Virus record (IMG/VR): IMGVR_UViG_3300006923_000016
Span: 1-64,000 of that record
Source of the DNA: an uncultured virus (IMG/VR IMGVR_UViG_3300006923_000016)
Lineage: Duplodnaviria > Heunggongvirae > Uroviricota > Caudoviricetes
Direction: 5' to 3' (one strand)
DNA length: 64,000 nucleotides
Shown here: piece after piece, positions 18,895-28,591 of the stretch
How positions within the stretch are numbered: the first letter of the stretch is position 1
How the letters are laid out: every line of letters begins with the position of its first letter
Made by a program: the position numbers and the translations under genes
The notes under the pieces: generated by a model
The model's database searches: none
Told to the model about the DNA's origin: nothing
What the model saw: only the letters and a program-made list of their open reading frames with translations

Positions 18895-19105
18895 CGTATG
18901 GTGGGGTGTCATTCAACATATTAGAATGGTTCCTTGTCAATTTGCTTACGCTGAAATCGGCTTCAATAAAAAACCTATTGTTTTATTAACTTCTAAGGAA
19001 AGACCCCTTCACGAAGGGAACCTCATCCTTAGCATTCCAATACGGAGTCTTGTTAGAAATGCTATAGACAGATTTTTCTACGACAAAGAATTCACGAAAG
19101 GATAA
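18857..19105 (+). CDS. Small hypothetical protein (MYLIS start)
   Basis: Fills the phoH-HNH gap; start uncertain and overlaps the phoH 3' end. Confidence 0.5.
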   Translation: MYLISSTRFSTNNVWWGVIQHIRMVPCQFAYAEIGFNKKPIVLLTSKERPLHEGNLILSIPIRSLVRNAIDRFFYDKEFTKG

Positions 19106-19112
19106 GAAAGCC

Positions 19113-19679
19113 ATGACTGCGAACCTCATCAAACTTAATAGGGTTCGAGTTCTAGTCCTTAACTCAACCTATGAACCGTTTAAGTTTCAAGACTGGATCA
19201 CAACCATCCATAATCTCTATGAGGAAGTTGCTGTTCCTATGGAACTCACTCACGACGGCGAAATAATTGCCGCTCGTAGCGCGAGAAACGAATGGGCCAT
19301 CCCTAGTGTAATTCGTCTGAAGAACTATGCACCAATCCCTCGTGGAAAGGTTGCTCCCTACACTCCACAAAACATTTACGTTCGTGATAACTGGCAGTGC
19401 CAGTTAAGAGTAAAGGATGTCTGTACAGCTCCTCTAGTAGGAGACCTCAAGTTCCAGAAGCGGACTATTGACCACGTCATTAGTCAATACTATGGTGGTG
19501 CAACTAACTTTACAAACTGTGTAGCTAGCTGCTCAGCATGTAATCAGTACAAGAAGTACCACCTAAGCATTAAGCCACGGAAAGTACCACACGTTCCGTC
19601 TTGGATGTCCATCTATCACAAGAAGTACATCAAGACTGCTACCGGTCCTGAAGAATGGGAAATATGGCTAGGGGATTAA
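19113..19679 (+). CDS. HNH endonuclease (McrA-like)
   Basis: VLVLN-TYEP, PSVIRL, RDNWQCQ, TIDHV, N-VASC-ACN--K. Confidence 0.9.
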   Translation: MTANLIKLNRVRVLVLNSTYEPFKFQDWITTIHNLYEEVAVPMELTHDGEIIAARSARNEWAIPSVIRLKNYAPIPRGKVAPYTPQNIYVRDNWQCQLRVKDVCTAPLVGDLKFQKRTIDHVISQYYGGATNFTNCVASCSACNQYKKYHLSIKPRKVPHVPSWMSIYHKKYIKTATGPEEWEIWLGD

Positions 19680-19766
19680 GCATAAAATCAAGGAGAAGTG
19701 GAATGATAATGACACTTAATGATGCAATTAAACACGCAGAAGAAAAATCTGAAGAAGGCAACCAGC

Positions 19767-20024
19767 ATGATCGTTAAGTTCAACGTAGATCACGCCTCCT
19801 ATGTCGGGAACGACGAGGATGGCTGCTACTACCAGACGGCTGGAACTGATGAGAGCTGGTACGTCACGGTGATCGTCGATTGCAGGTCGGCAAACTTCAC
19901 AGCTGATTATCTAGTCGACGAAGGTCCCTTCGACACCGAGCAAGAGGCCGAACTCGCAGGTGAGTCAGCCGCACAAGAGTGGTGCATCAACAACGAGGTG
20001 GATTGGAATAGAGATGACGGATAG
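19767..20024 (+). CDS. Hypothetical acidic protein (GC-rich insert)
   Basis: ORF with mostly C/G-ending codons. Confidence 0.65.
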   Translation: MIVKFNVDHASYVGNDEDGCYYQTAGTDESWYVTVIVDCRSANFTADYLVDEGPFDTEQEAELAGESAAQEWCINNEVDWNRDDG

Positions 20025-20214
20025 CCAGAAGAAGCAGGCCCCTGTTGATGCCCAAACGATGTGCTGGGGATGTGGGAAGTGGTCGACAACCTTGTACTGC
20101 GAAAAGTGCTTCAAGGAGGCCAAGTGCTCCCATGACAAGAAGATCGAGGACTGTGACACCTGCTACGTAGCAGGTGATCTGGCCTTCGACGCAGGGAGAG
20201 AACGTGGAAGGTAA
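20014..20214 (+). CDS. Small Cys-rich (Zn-binding) protein
   Basis: CWGC, CEKC, CSH, CDTC pairs. Confidence 0.65.
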   Translation: MTDSQKKQAPVDAQTMCWGCGKWSTTLYCEKCFKEAKCSHDKKIEDCDTCYVAGDLAFDAGRERGR

Positions 20215-20394
20215 ACAAACCACAAAGTTCGTAACCTTCACAGGCCGGAACGTCAGGTTTTAATACCTGGCAAGACCGAGATCGTCTGGGACGACATCAT
20301 TTTCGCTCTGGGCAACGAGTGCAGGTTCAATGGGCACGTTCCTTGGACAGTGCTGCAGCACACGGGCTTGGTGATCAAATGGTCAAATAACTGA
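20204..20394 (+). pseudogene. Frameshifted and truncated HD-domain phosphohydrolase (YfbR-like) remnant
   Basis: Frame 1 GTG-EGKQTTKFVTFTGRNVRF-stop; -1 frame continues LIPGKTEIVWDDIIFALGNECRFNGHVPWTVLQHTGLV, matching the 'DIAHALS--CRFNGH---YSVAQHS' N-terminus, then stops before the HD motif. Confidence 0.7.
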
Positions 20395-20483
20395 AATTGA
20401 GAGGCGCTTGTGTCTCTCTTTCTTTGTTTTAAGACTATCAATGTTTGAAGAGATGTTGTTTAAAATTAAGTTCGGAGGTTTGA

Positions 20484-20831
20484 ATGGGGCTTTCTAAGAG
20501 AGAGAAGCTTGTAAATGTCATACATGCTATAATTAAGGATGAGCGAATGTCTCTACCAGAGGTATTGCTAGCTCTTAGTCAAGTCATGACAGACATTGGA
20601 CTAACACTGTGGAACTTTAGAGGATCATCGCAAGGTTTGAAGACAACCTTAGACGTTGAGCTACTGAAGCACATAGAGCAAAAGCACTACGAGAACCCTG
20701 GAATAGACAGCGCACTTATACTACAAGCCGCACTTATGGTGACCTGGGCTGAAGATTGGATGAAGAGATTAAGAGAGGAGAAGAAGAAAGAAGATGCAGG
20801 CACTACAGTTCCGAAGGCTAAAGGTAAGTGA
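20484..20831 (+). CDS. Hypothetical protein
   Basis: 115 aa, GGAGG RBS. Confidence 0.75.
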   Translation: MGLSKREKLVNVIHAIIKDERMSLPEVLLALSQVMTDIGLTLWNFRGSSQGLKTTLDVELLKHIEQKHYENPGIDSALILQAALMVTWAEDWMKRLREEKKKEDAGTTVPKAKGK

Positions 20832-21459
20832 TCAACTAACTCACTTGGTTGAAGAAGCATGTTTGAAGCTGGAAATGTTCGGCTTCACTGGTGTTAGTCT
20901 TATTGTCAAAATGGGTGGGCACAAATATCACATCGTAGTAGACAGTCTCTATCTTCATAGCATAAAAGACTCGTCCTACCTCACTAGCATTAGAAAAGCC
21001 AAAGAAGTATGTCTCCGTCGAATTAAGATCGATGGAGAAGACTGTAAAGTCTTGCAATCCAAACGTCTCAGTTGGGTGGAAACCAATGCCCTACAGCCAT
21101 TCTGGAAGAAGGTTGGAGGGAAAAAGGAAACAACCTGGGGAATGTTCTTCAAACGAGTTAGCTCTATCAAGCTAGACAAGTATAAAGCTCGCGACAACTG
21201 CTTCCTTATTGTTAATGGCACCAAGTGCTATGGGAAAAACAACACTCGTAATGCAGTCATTGCATTGCTATCCAAATTTTTAGTTCAGCTAGACGCTGAA
21301 AAGTTTAGCTATCTCGTAGAGGTGGTTGACTATTACGACGCATTCATTGCGTTATCCGAAGGCAGCTTAACTAAACTGCCAAACTGTAAACTATCTAAGA
21401 AATATCTAGATCAAGGAGAGGAAAATGAGCGAAGACAAGTATCTAAAGGAACCAGTTAA
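20794..21459 (+). CDS. Hypothetical basic protein
   Basis: 221 aa ORF in operon context. Confidence 0.7.
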   Translation: MQALQFRRLKVSDQLTHLVEEACLKLEMFGFTGVSLIVKMGGHKYHIVVDSLYLHSIKDSSYLTSIRKAKEVCLRRIKIDGEDCKVLQSKRLSWVETNALQPFWKKVGGKKETTWGMFFKRVSSIKLDKYKARDNCFLIVNGTKCYGKNNTRNAVIALLSKFLVQLDAEKFSYLVEVVDYYDAFIALSEGSLTKLPNCKLSKKYLDQGEENERRQVSKGTS

Positions 21460-21910
21460 GTACTGCATCTACAAGGGCATGGGCGGAAAGAATGGAGCAG
21501 CACAGTTCCAGCTAATTCGCTTCAGCCCTCGTCGTGAGTACAACGGTAAGGCAAAGCCTCAGGGCGGTGTCCTCCTAGAGATGGCCCCCACTAGTGGAAA
21601 GAACCTCTATGACTGGAGTAAGAAGGTAAGTTTCTGGATGACCCCAGAAGATTGTGCAGCCTTTCTTATCTTCAAGACCATGACCAGTGACGACCCCAAT
21701 AACAAGGGAATCTTTCACAAGCATGGTGATGTAAACAAGAAGCTCAACATTTGTAAGGGCAACATCCGTGATGGACTACCAACTTGGATGCTAAGCCTAA
21801 GGTCAGGTGAACAGGTGGCCGTACCAATTAGCGCTGTTGAAATGACAGTACTAAGTAAGCTTCTCGAAGCTGCTATCCCAGCAATGTTGGGTTGGCATAC
21901 AGAGGAATAG
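21425..21910 (+). CDS. Whirly-like single-stranded DNA-binding protein
   Basis: YCIYKG...AA, G-VLLEMAP, YDWSKK-F, IFH, VPIS-VE-VL, IPAMLGW parallel the plant Whirly motifs (YSIYKGKAAL, LLQFAP, YDWSRKQ-F, IP-T-AEF-VL, P-LLGW). Confidence 0.72.
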   Translation: MSEDKYLKEPVKYCIYKGMGGKNGAAQFQLIRFSPRREYNGKAKPQGGVLLEMAPTSGKNLYDWSKKVSFWMTPEDCAAFLIFKTMTSDDPNNKGIFHKHGDVNKKLNICKGNIRDGLPTWMLSLRSGEQVAVPISAVEMTVLSKLLEAAIPAMLGWHTEE

Positions 21911-21912
21911 TA

Positions 21913-22149
21913 ATGGCAGCATACACGGTCTGGATTCGAGAAGTCCAGGCGGTTCCAGTTAAGGTTGAAGCAGAAAATGTTCACGATGCAGTAAATAGCG
22001 TATGGATGGGTAGTTTTGAAGCCAACTATAACCGTGCTGTTTGGTGTAATCGTCTTGACTCCAAGACATGGAGTGTTGATCTTCCAGATGGAAGAGAGAT
22101 TTACTGTGATAACCTTGACAACTTTGTTGAAGGAGATTCAAATGAGTAA
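21913..22149 (+). CDS. Hypothetical protein
   Basis: YTVWI-E...V-VEAEN-DAV pattern; GAGG RBS. Confidence 0.7.
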   Translation: MAAYTVWIREVQAVPVKVEAENVHDAVNSVWMGSFEANYNRAVWCNRLDSKTWSVDLPDGREIYCDNLDNFVEGDSNE

Positions 22150-22552
22150 GAAGCATCCATTCAATTGCTATTCCTTTATTAAAAGAGAGGGTGGTAATTG
22201 GGTAAGCCTAGGCTTAATTCAAGATGAAACCGTTGGAGACTTCCAAAGGTTTGACTACACGCTTCCTATGAGTGGTGGGCTAGACCGTACCAGAGCAGAA
22301 GCTCTTGCACTGAGCATGCTTGCAGACACCGCAAAACTTAGCTTTCCCGTACAGGGAATTAATAACATCAAGGTGTCCTGGCGAGTCAGCTCTGATGCAA
22401 CCAGAAACTGCGTTCTTAACGATGGAGACATCCTAGCTAAGCTTGGAATGGCTTCCCCCTATTGGGATGTATGTTTGATGTCAGCTGAGCAGCAGGAAGT
22501 TTTTGAAAAGGAAATTTCAGATGAAGCAAACACTGACAGTGAAACGGAGTGA
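22142..22552 (+). CDS. Hypothetical protein
   Basis: ATG 22142 after AAGGAG. Confidence 0.7.
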   Translation: MSKKHPFNCYSFIKREGGNWVSLGLIQDETVGDFQRFDYTLPMSGGLDRTRAEALALSMLADTAKLSFPVQGINNIKVSWRVSSDATRNCVLNDGDILAKLGMASPYWDVCLMSAEQQEVFEKEISDEANTDSETE

Positions 22553-22889
22553 TGGGACTGAAGTCAATCTTCATTCCCTTACAAAGAAAGTCTTAGAAAA
22601 GGCTTTAAATAATCCTCAAGATGAGGTAATGTTGCTAGCAATGGAATCAGGGACTATGGCTATGGGAGCTGTGATCTCAAAAGATCCAAAATTGCAAGCA
22701 GCCTTGTTACTAGGTGGGCAGGATCTCGCTGACTGGTTCCTCAATTTTTATTTGTTGGGGACAATGATGGCACAAACCATTGAACGTAATGGGTTAGACC
22801 TTGAAGTTGTCAACGAGGATGTGAATGAGCATAGTTCTAAAGAAACTAGTGACAGAGACAGTCAAACTAACAGTACCAGTACTGATTGA
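22521..22889 (+). CDS. Hypothetical protein
   Basis: ATG 22521 after AAGGA. Confidence 0.7.
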   Translation: MKQTLTVKRSDGTEVNLHSLTKKVLEKALNNPQDEVMLLAMESGTMAMGAVISKDPKLQAALLLGGQDLADWFLNFYLLGTMMAQTIERNGLDLEVVNEDVNEHSSKETSDRDSQTNSTSTD

Positions 22890-22982
22890 TTGGCTATACA
22901 GAAAACATAAAGATCGTAAGTACAAAATGGAACACACGATCAGCTACAGTGAACTCAAAAAAGAGAGTAAGAGGTAAGAAAG

Positions 22983-23345
22983 ATGAACGGACTAAAGGTA
23001 ACCAGAGTTTTCTTCAAGGAAGTGGGCGGCAGCAGCTCGCTAAAGGCATTTGCAGACGTACAGTTTAACGGTTGTATGACTATTCGAGGATTTAAGGTCT
23101 TCGAAAGTCGATACGGACCCTTCATTAAGGAGCCTTCCGAGGCCTATGAGAAGGATGGCGAGACTAAGTACTCGTCTCGTATTGGATTCCCAGATGACTG
23201 GTATGGCAGGGATAATACTAACCCTGTGTTTGACGCCGTCCTTGAAGAGTGGACAGCACATTCTGGTTCAGGGGCTAAGAAGCCCGCTGCGGGAAAGGGT
23301 AAGTCCTCTTCCGGTAACAGCGAATACTCTGACATGCCGTACTAA
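22983..23345 (+). CDS. SpoVG-like nucleic-acid-binding protein
   Basis: KVTRV, LKAFADVQF, IRGFKVFE---GPFI--PS; SSB-like acidic tail ending SDMPY. Confidence 0.8.
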   Translation: MNGLKVTRVFFKEVGGSSSLKAFADVQFNGCMTIRGFKVFESRYGPFIKEPSEAYEKDGETKYSSRIGFPDDWYGRDNTNPVFDAVLEEWTAHSGSGAKKPAAGKGKSSSGNSEYSDMPY

Positions 23346-23364
23346 TAAGGACGAGGAGTAAAGT

Positions 23365-23409
23365 TGCCAGTGGGGATTGTAACAAATCCTCACTGGCATT
23401 CTTATCTTT
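23365..23409 (+). terminator. Rho-independent terminator-like hairpin
   Basis: TGCCAGTGGGGATT/AATCCTCACTGGCA 14-bp stem followed by TTCTTATCTTT. Confidence 0.7.
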
Positions 23410-23420
23410 AGGAGACAAAC

Positions 23421-23996
23421 ATGTCTGATACAGATGCCATTGGAGCTGTTAGCTCCGATCAAAAGACACTAAATGAACTTGTAAATCGACTCAAAACTGG
23501 TAAGCATCTCATGGAACTTGTTTCCGCACACATGGATGAATACTTTCAGGTTGACGGTCGAACACTCAAACAGTGGCGAATATATTTTGACATCAAGCTT
23601 CCCAAAAGCGAGATGCTCAACCCAGAAAACCTAGCTGAAGCTAATACAAAACTTTGTGACGCAATCAATGAGGCAGGGTTCTGGCATGCACGAGCTCTTC
23701 TTATCGAGCAGTCTATTCGTAGTGGTGCTCAAGGTAAGTTTGATGAAGCTTTCTCCCTTTTAGTGGAAGACTATCGTGCCAAGGGAACCGGAAAACTTCC
23801 AGCAGAAGCAACATTGAGAACTCTCTCACAAGCTAACGGTGGAGGTTTGAAGTCAGCAATTGCAACAGCCGCTACTCGAGCCAAGTTCTGGAAGTCTATT
23901 GTTGAAACTCTAGACAGTCAACGCAAGTCACTCGAACAGCAGCGTTGGATCATGTACACTCAGCTGAAGCTTGATACCGACGGACTTACAACTTAA
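23421..23996 (+). CDS. Hypothetical alpha-helical protein
   Basis: 191 aa, AGGAG RBS. Confidence 0.75.
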   Translation: MSDTDAIGAVSSDQKTLNELVNRLKTGKHLMELVSAHMDEYFQVDGRTLKQWRIYFDIKLPKSEMLNPENLAEANTKLCDAINEAGFWHARALLIEQSIRSGAQGKFDEAFSLLVEDYRAKGTGKLPAEATLRTLSQANGGGLKSAIATAATRAKFWKSIVETLDSQRKSLEQQRWIMYTQLKLDTDGLTT

Positions 23997-24007
23997 AAGG
24001 AATACCA

Positions 24008-24292
24008 ATGACAGATACCGAAAAGAAAGAAACAGCCTTCACCGTTAGGTTTGCGGAAGGTGAGGGGTTTAACCTCGATAACCTTGGAGCTAACCTACAG
24101 ATGGCTGAGATGGTAGCTATGATGGATGCTTGTGGACGACAGATGCTACACAGCCGCCTATCTACAATAGAAAAGGCTCTCCAGCTACACTCTGGGCTGC
24201 TTAAGCAAGTCCTTGCCCTCATTAATCCTCCTGAGACTGAAGATGATGTCCTACCTCCTTCAGAGACTGAAGAGGTAACTAAGGAAGAATAA
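24008..24292 (+). CDS. Hypothetical protein
   Basis: 94 aa, AAGGA RBS. Confidence 0.7.
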   Translation: MTDTEKKETAFTVRFAEGEGFNLDNLGANLQMAEMVAMMDACGRQMLHSRLSTIEKALQLHSGLLKQVLALINPPETEDDVLPPSETEEVTKEE

Positions 24293-26268
24293 TGGGAAGA
24301 TTTGATGGCTTTCGTTTATCTGACAATTTCCTAGCAAGGTTTGAAGGCAAACAACCCCAATGGGGACCGCTAGGATACGTTACCTTTAAGAGAACCTACG
24401 CACGTAGGCTCCCTAAGGGTGGAACAGAAGAGTTCTGGCAAACATGCAAGAGGGTCGTTGAAGGAACCTATTCAGTTCAACGAAACCACTGCAAGCAGCT
24501 AGGTCTTCCATGGAATGGACACAAGGCTCAGCATTCAGCACAACGAATGTTTGATCTGATGTGGCAAATGAAATGGCTTCCTCCGGGTCGGGGACTGTGG
24601 ATGATGGGGACTGAGTTCATTGAAAAACATGGCTCAGCAGCCTTAAACAACTGCGGTTTTATTAGCACAAGAGATATCAAGAGCGACTTCTCGTTTCCAT
24701 TTATTTGGTTAATGGACATGTCCATGTTGGGCGTAGGGGTTGGTAGCGATACAAGAGGTGCAGGAACCGTAACTATTAGGGAACCCAAGCGTACCGATGA
24801 GATTTTTCTCATTCCAGATACGCGTGAAGGGTGGTACGAGGCAGTAAGAATTGTCCTCAATGCCTATGTCGGTAAAGGAACAATCCCAAGCTTCGATTAC
24901 ACCGCCATCCGTAAGGCTGGAGAACTCATCCACGGGTTTGGCGGAATTGCCGCAGGCCCAGGCCCACTAAAGCAGCTAATTGAGATTGACATCTCCTATG
25001 TCTTGGATCAATTGCCTGGAAAACTTATCACCTCTGAAGCTATCACTGACCTTCTCAACTATATTGGGAAGTGTGTGGTAAGTGGAAATGTGCGACGTAG
25101 TGCTGAATTAGTTCTAGGTAACCCTGAAGACAAGAACTTCTTGTCTCTTAAGGACCCCGAGACTAATGGAAAAGCACTAGCAGACAGGCGATGGGCATCA
25201 AACAATTCTGTCATCGTTAATACTTTGACAGACTTCTCGGATCTCGCTTGGCGTACCCAGAAGAATGGAGAGCCTGGTTACTACTGGCTAAACAATGCAC
25301 GAGCCTTTGGGCGAATGATTGATATGCCAGACTATAGAGATCATCGAGTAATGGGAGCCAACCCTTGTGTTGAGCAACCCCTAGAACACGGTGAGCTTTG
25401 TAACCTTGTTGAAAACTTCATGGCTAGGTGTGACTCTCAGGAAGAATTCCTTGAGGTGTTGAAGTATTCCTATCTCTATGCAAAGACTGTTACTCTCATT
25501 CCCACACATTGGGAGATAACTAATGCAGTTATGCTTCGCAATAGACGTATTGGTTGTAGCCTCAGTGGCATCACAAGAGCAAAGAATAAGCTAGGCACAG
25601 GAAAGTTTATCCAATGGCTAGACAAGGGCTATAATCGCATCAGAGAGCTCGATAAGATCTACTCTGAATGGTTGTGTTGTCCTGAATCTATTAAGGTCAC
25701 TAGCGTTAAGCCTTCCGGAACTGTGAGTCTGCTACCTGGTGAACCGCCCGGTGTTCACTACCCACATTCTGAATACTACAATCGAATCATTCGTATTGGA
25801 GTTCAGTCTCCCCTCATCCCAAAGCTGGAGGCTGCGGGATATTATATGGAGCCAGACACCTATGCTCCTAATTCTATCTGTGTTTACTTCCCTGTAAGGG
25901 AACAGGACTTTGATAGGTCTAAGACTGAGGTGTCTATGTGGGAACAGTTAGAGCTTGTAGCATTGCTGCAGTCTTTCTGGGCAGACAATATGGTTTCAGC
26001 TACTGTTACATTCAATGAGGTAGAAGGCAAGCAGATGAAGCATGCCTTGGAGATGTTTAGTCATAGACTCAAATCAATCTCCTTCCTGCCATTGAAGGAC
26101 CACCAATATGAGCAAGCTCCCTATCAGGAGATTACTGGAGAGCAGTATCTCTCTTTTATCAAGAGCTTGGATCGTTTGGATCTAGATGACAGCGTTCATG
26201 AACACACTGAACGTTTCTGTGATACTGATGTTTGTGAGATTAAGGCCTTTACATTACAGAATCGTTAG
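24292..26268 (+). CDS. nrdJ: Class II (B12-dependent) ribonucleoside-triphosphate reductase
   Basis: RTYAR, PPGRGLW, LNNCGF, GNVRRSAE, NPCVEQ-L--GELCNLVE, TSVKPSGTVS, C-terminal FCDTDVC. Confidence 0.95.
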   Translation: MGRFDGFRLSDNFLARFEGKQPQWGPLGYVTFKRTYARRLPKGGTEEFWQTCKRVVEGTYSVQRNHCKQLGLPWNGHKAQHSAQRMFDLMWQMKWLPPGRGLWMMGTEFIEKHGSAALNNCGFISTRDIKSDFSFPFIWLMDMSMLGVGVGSDTRGAGTVTIREPKRTDEIFLIPDTREGWYEAVRIVLNAYVGKGTIPSFDYTAIRKAGELIHGFGGIAAGPGPLKQLIEIDISYVLDQLPGKLITSEAITDLLNYIGKCVVSGNVRRSAELVLGNPEDKNFLSLKDPETNGKALADRRWASNNSVIVNTLTDFSDLAWRTQKNGEPGYYWLNNARAFGRMIDMPDYRDHRVMGANPCVEQPLEHGELCNLVENFMARCDSQEEFLEVLKYSYLYAKTVTLIPTHWEITNAVMLRNRRIGCSLSGITRAKNKLGTGKFIQWLDKGYNRIRELDKIYSEWLCCPESIKVTSVKPSGTVSLLPGEPPGVHYPHSEYYNRIIRIGVQSPLIPKLEAAGYYMEPDTYAPNSICVYFPVREQDFDRSKTEVSMWEQLELVALLQSFWADNMVSATVTFNEVEGKQMKHALEMFSHRLKSISFLPLKDHQYEQAPYQEITGEQYLSFIKSLDRLDLDDSVHEHTERFCDTDVCEIKAFTLQNR

Positions 26269-26293
26269 GTGGTTGAAAGAGTCTAGCTAAGCC

Positions 26294-26324
26294 AAGAGGG
26301 AGTAGGTTATGCCTGCTCCCTTTT
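26294..26324 (+). terminator. Rho-independent terminator
   Basis: GGGAGTAGGT/GCCTGCTCCC stem followed by TTTT after nrdJ. Confidence 0.7.
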
Positions 26325-26334
26325 GGTATGTTAA

Positions 26335-27084
26335 ATGGGCATGATTATTTATGAAGGGCCATCAAGGCTCGATAAAAACCCCATCGTAGTTATAGCAACC
26401 AAGAAATCTAACAACTCCAAAACAGGTAATATGATTCAGACTTGGATCATTCGCTCAGACATTAAGCCATCTGAAGCTATTCAGCAGGGGCTTGACAGTA
26501 CCGTTTGTGGAGACTGTCCTTCTCGTCCCATTATGAAGAAGCTAGACAAAGGTCCGGGCGATTGCTACGTTACCATGATGGCACCTGCTGCTATCTATAA
26601 AACCTATAAAGAGAATCGCTACACGAAAGCACTTCTTAATTCAGAAATCTCTTCCTTTGCCAAGGGGAGAGTAGTAAGGTTGGGAGCCTATGGTGACCCA
26701 GCTGCTGTTCCAGTCAAAGTTTGGAAGGCACTGCTTGCAGAAGCTAGTGGCTACACAGGCTATACACATCAGTGGGAAAACAAGGTTGCCAAAGACCTTA
26801 AGCCACTGTGTATGGCTTCTTGTGACTCATTCGAAGACTGGGGAAAGGCAACGGCTCAAGGATGGAGAACCTTTAGGGTTGTTCGAGACACTGCCACTAT
26901 TGGCAAGAGAGAATTCCGATGCCCATCGGACCCACTACTAGCAACAGCCATTCCTTGCGCAAAGTGCAAGGCGTGCGATGGAGCTGACATCAACAAACCA
27001 CTAAAAGGGTCTCCCTACATCGTGGCACACGGCTATCGAAGTAAGAAGGTCCAGAGAAGAACAGCAAAATTAATGGTCTTATGA
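26335..27084 (+). CDS. Cys-rich phage protein (gp88-like, possibly Fe-S binding)
   Basis: N-KTG-MIQTWI, VCGDCP...CYV, RLGAYGDP, GYTHQW, C-terminal C--C-AC, HG. Confidence 0.7.
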   Translation: MGMIIYEGPSRLDKNPIVVIATKKSNNSKTGNMIQTWIIRSDIKPSEAIQQGLDSTVCGDCPSRPIMKKLDKGPGDCYVTMMAPAAIYKTYKENRYTKALLNSEISSFAKGRVVRLGAYGDPAAVPVKVWKALLAEASGYTGYTHQWENKVAKDLKPLCMASCDSFEDWGKATAQGWRTFRVVRDTATIGKREFRCPSDPLLATAIPCAKCKACDGADINKPLKGSPYIVAHGYRSKKVQRRTAKLMVL

Positions 27085-27509
27085 GTACAGAAGAATATCT
27101 AAATGAACTAACAGGCCCTCTGATAAGGTCCTTCATATGGAACAATAAAACGTTCTATGTGGTAAGCGCTGAGTGTACGATTGCAGACACAGCAAAGCTT
27201 ATGACAGAAATCATTCACCAAGCTGTGAAAGATTTTGAGCGACTAGCTCTACCGTCAGCCCGTAAGGATAAGGCTAGTCGAGAGAACTGGACCACAGCAC
27301 GTGGACTCCTATTTGAAGACGACTACACAATTGACTACGGAGACATCCCAGTTACATTCAAAGACATGCTTGAGTTTATCTCAACAGACGGAAGCTTTAG
27401 CGTGTCTTCGATGAGAAAGTCTCTGATAACACAAACCTTTGGATACTGGAAAATTAAAGGCGAACAATTAGAGGAAGAATTTTGGAAACAGGAGCAACAG
27501 AAACAATGA
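27081..27509 (+). CDS. Hypothetical protein
   Basis: 142 aa, coupled at both ends. Confidence 0.7.
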   Translation: MSTEEYLNELTGPLIRSFIWNNKTFYVVSAECTIADTAKLMTEIIHQAVKDFERLALPSARKDKASRENWTTARGLLFEDDYTIDYGDIPVTFKDMLEFISTDGSFSVSSMRKSLITQTFGYWKIKGEQLEEEFWKQEQQKQ

Positions 27510-28591
27510 GCCCAGCCCCATTCAACAACGCAAACATTATGAGAACCCCAAAAGAGGTTGCCCAAGACCAAGCTTCTATTGACCTTATCTTTAAGGTAAT
27601 CAATAAGGAGTTTGGAAAAGGAACGATTGGAATACTAGGGAACTATGAAGTAGTCCCCTGCCCCACCATCTCTACTGGTTCTATTGGTCTTGACCTAGCT
27701 ACCGGTGTTGGCGGGATTCCTAGAGGACGTATCATAGAAATCTATGGACCTGAATCTAGTGGTAAGACAACCCTATCTCTACAAATCATTGCAGAAGCTC
27801 AGAAAAGAGGTGGACGGTGTGCATTCATTGACGCTGAGCACGCACTTGATGTTGAATATGCACAAAAGCTTGGAGTTCACCTAGAGGGTCTCACTATCCA
27901 CCAGCCAGACTGGGGAGAGATGGGTTTGAACGTAACCGAAAAGCTAACAACCACTGGTGCTTTCGACATCATTGTCATCGACTCTGTCGCTAACCTTGTT
28001 CCTAAGAAGGAACTTGAAGCAGACATGGGCAAGCAGCTACCAGGTCTGCAAGCAAGGATGATGGCCCAGGCCCTTAGAAAGCTTACTGCTATTGCAGAGA
28101 AAACCAACACCACTATCATCTTCATCAATCAGATTCGATACAAGATTGGTGTGATGTTTGGTAGTCCAGAAACTACTCCAGGCGGTAATGCCCTTAAGTT
28201 CTACTGTTCTATGCGTCTAGATATTAGGCGTACAGGAAAGATTCAGAAGGACGGAGAGTTCCTTGGATGTAGTACCAAGGTGACTATTGTGAAGAACAAG
28301 GTGGCCGCACCATTTAAGAAGGCTGAGTTCAACATTCTCTTTGGTCAGGGAGTCGATCGAACAGCTGAACTAATTGACTTGGCTATTGAAAACAATGTAG
28401 TCAAGAAGAGCGGTAGCTGGTTCTCCTATAATGGAGCACAGCTAGGACAAGGCTCCGAAAAGGTTAAGGCTCTCTTCCTTAGTCAGCCTGACATCCGTGA
28501 AGAAATTGAGACCAAGGTCTTCAATATCCTATTCCCCTCTCCAACAGGAGTGAGCAATGACAAAGAAGAGGCCACAGCGACCGGAAGTTAA
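27506..28591 (+). CDS. recA: Recombinase RecA
   Basis: [64 protein letters not shown]. Confidence 0.98.
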   Translation: MSPAPFNNANIMRTPKEVAQDQASIDLIFKVINKEFGKGTIGILGNYEVVPCPTISTGSIGLDLATGVGGIPRGRIIEIYGPESSGKTTLSLQIIAEAQKRGGRCAFIDAEHALDVEYAQKLGVHLEGLTIHQPDWGEMGLNVTEKLTTTGAFDIIVIDSVANLVPKKELEADMGKQLPGLQARMMAQALRKLTAIAEKTNTTIIFINQIRYKIGVMFGSPETTPGGNALKFYCSMRLDIRRTGKIQKDGEFLGCSTKVTIVKNKVAAPFKKAEFNILFGQGVDRTAELIDLAIENNVVKKSGSWFSYNGAQLGQGSEKVKALFLSQPDIREEIETKVFNILFPSPTGVSNDKEEATATGS

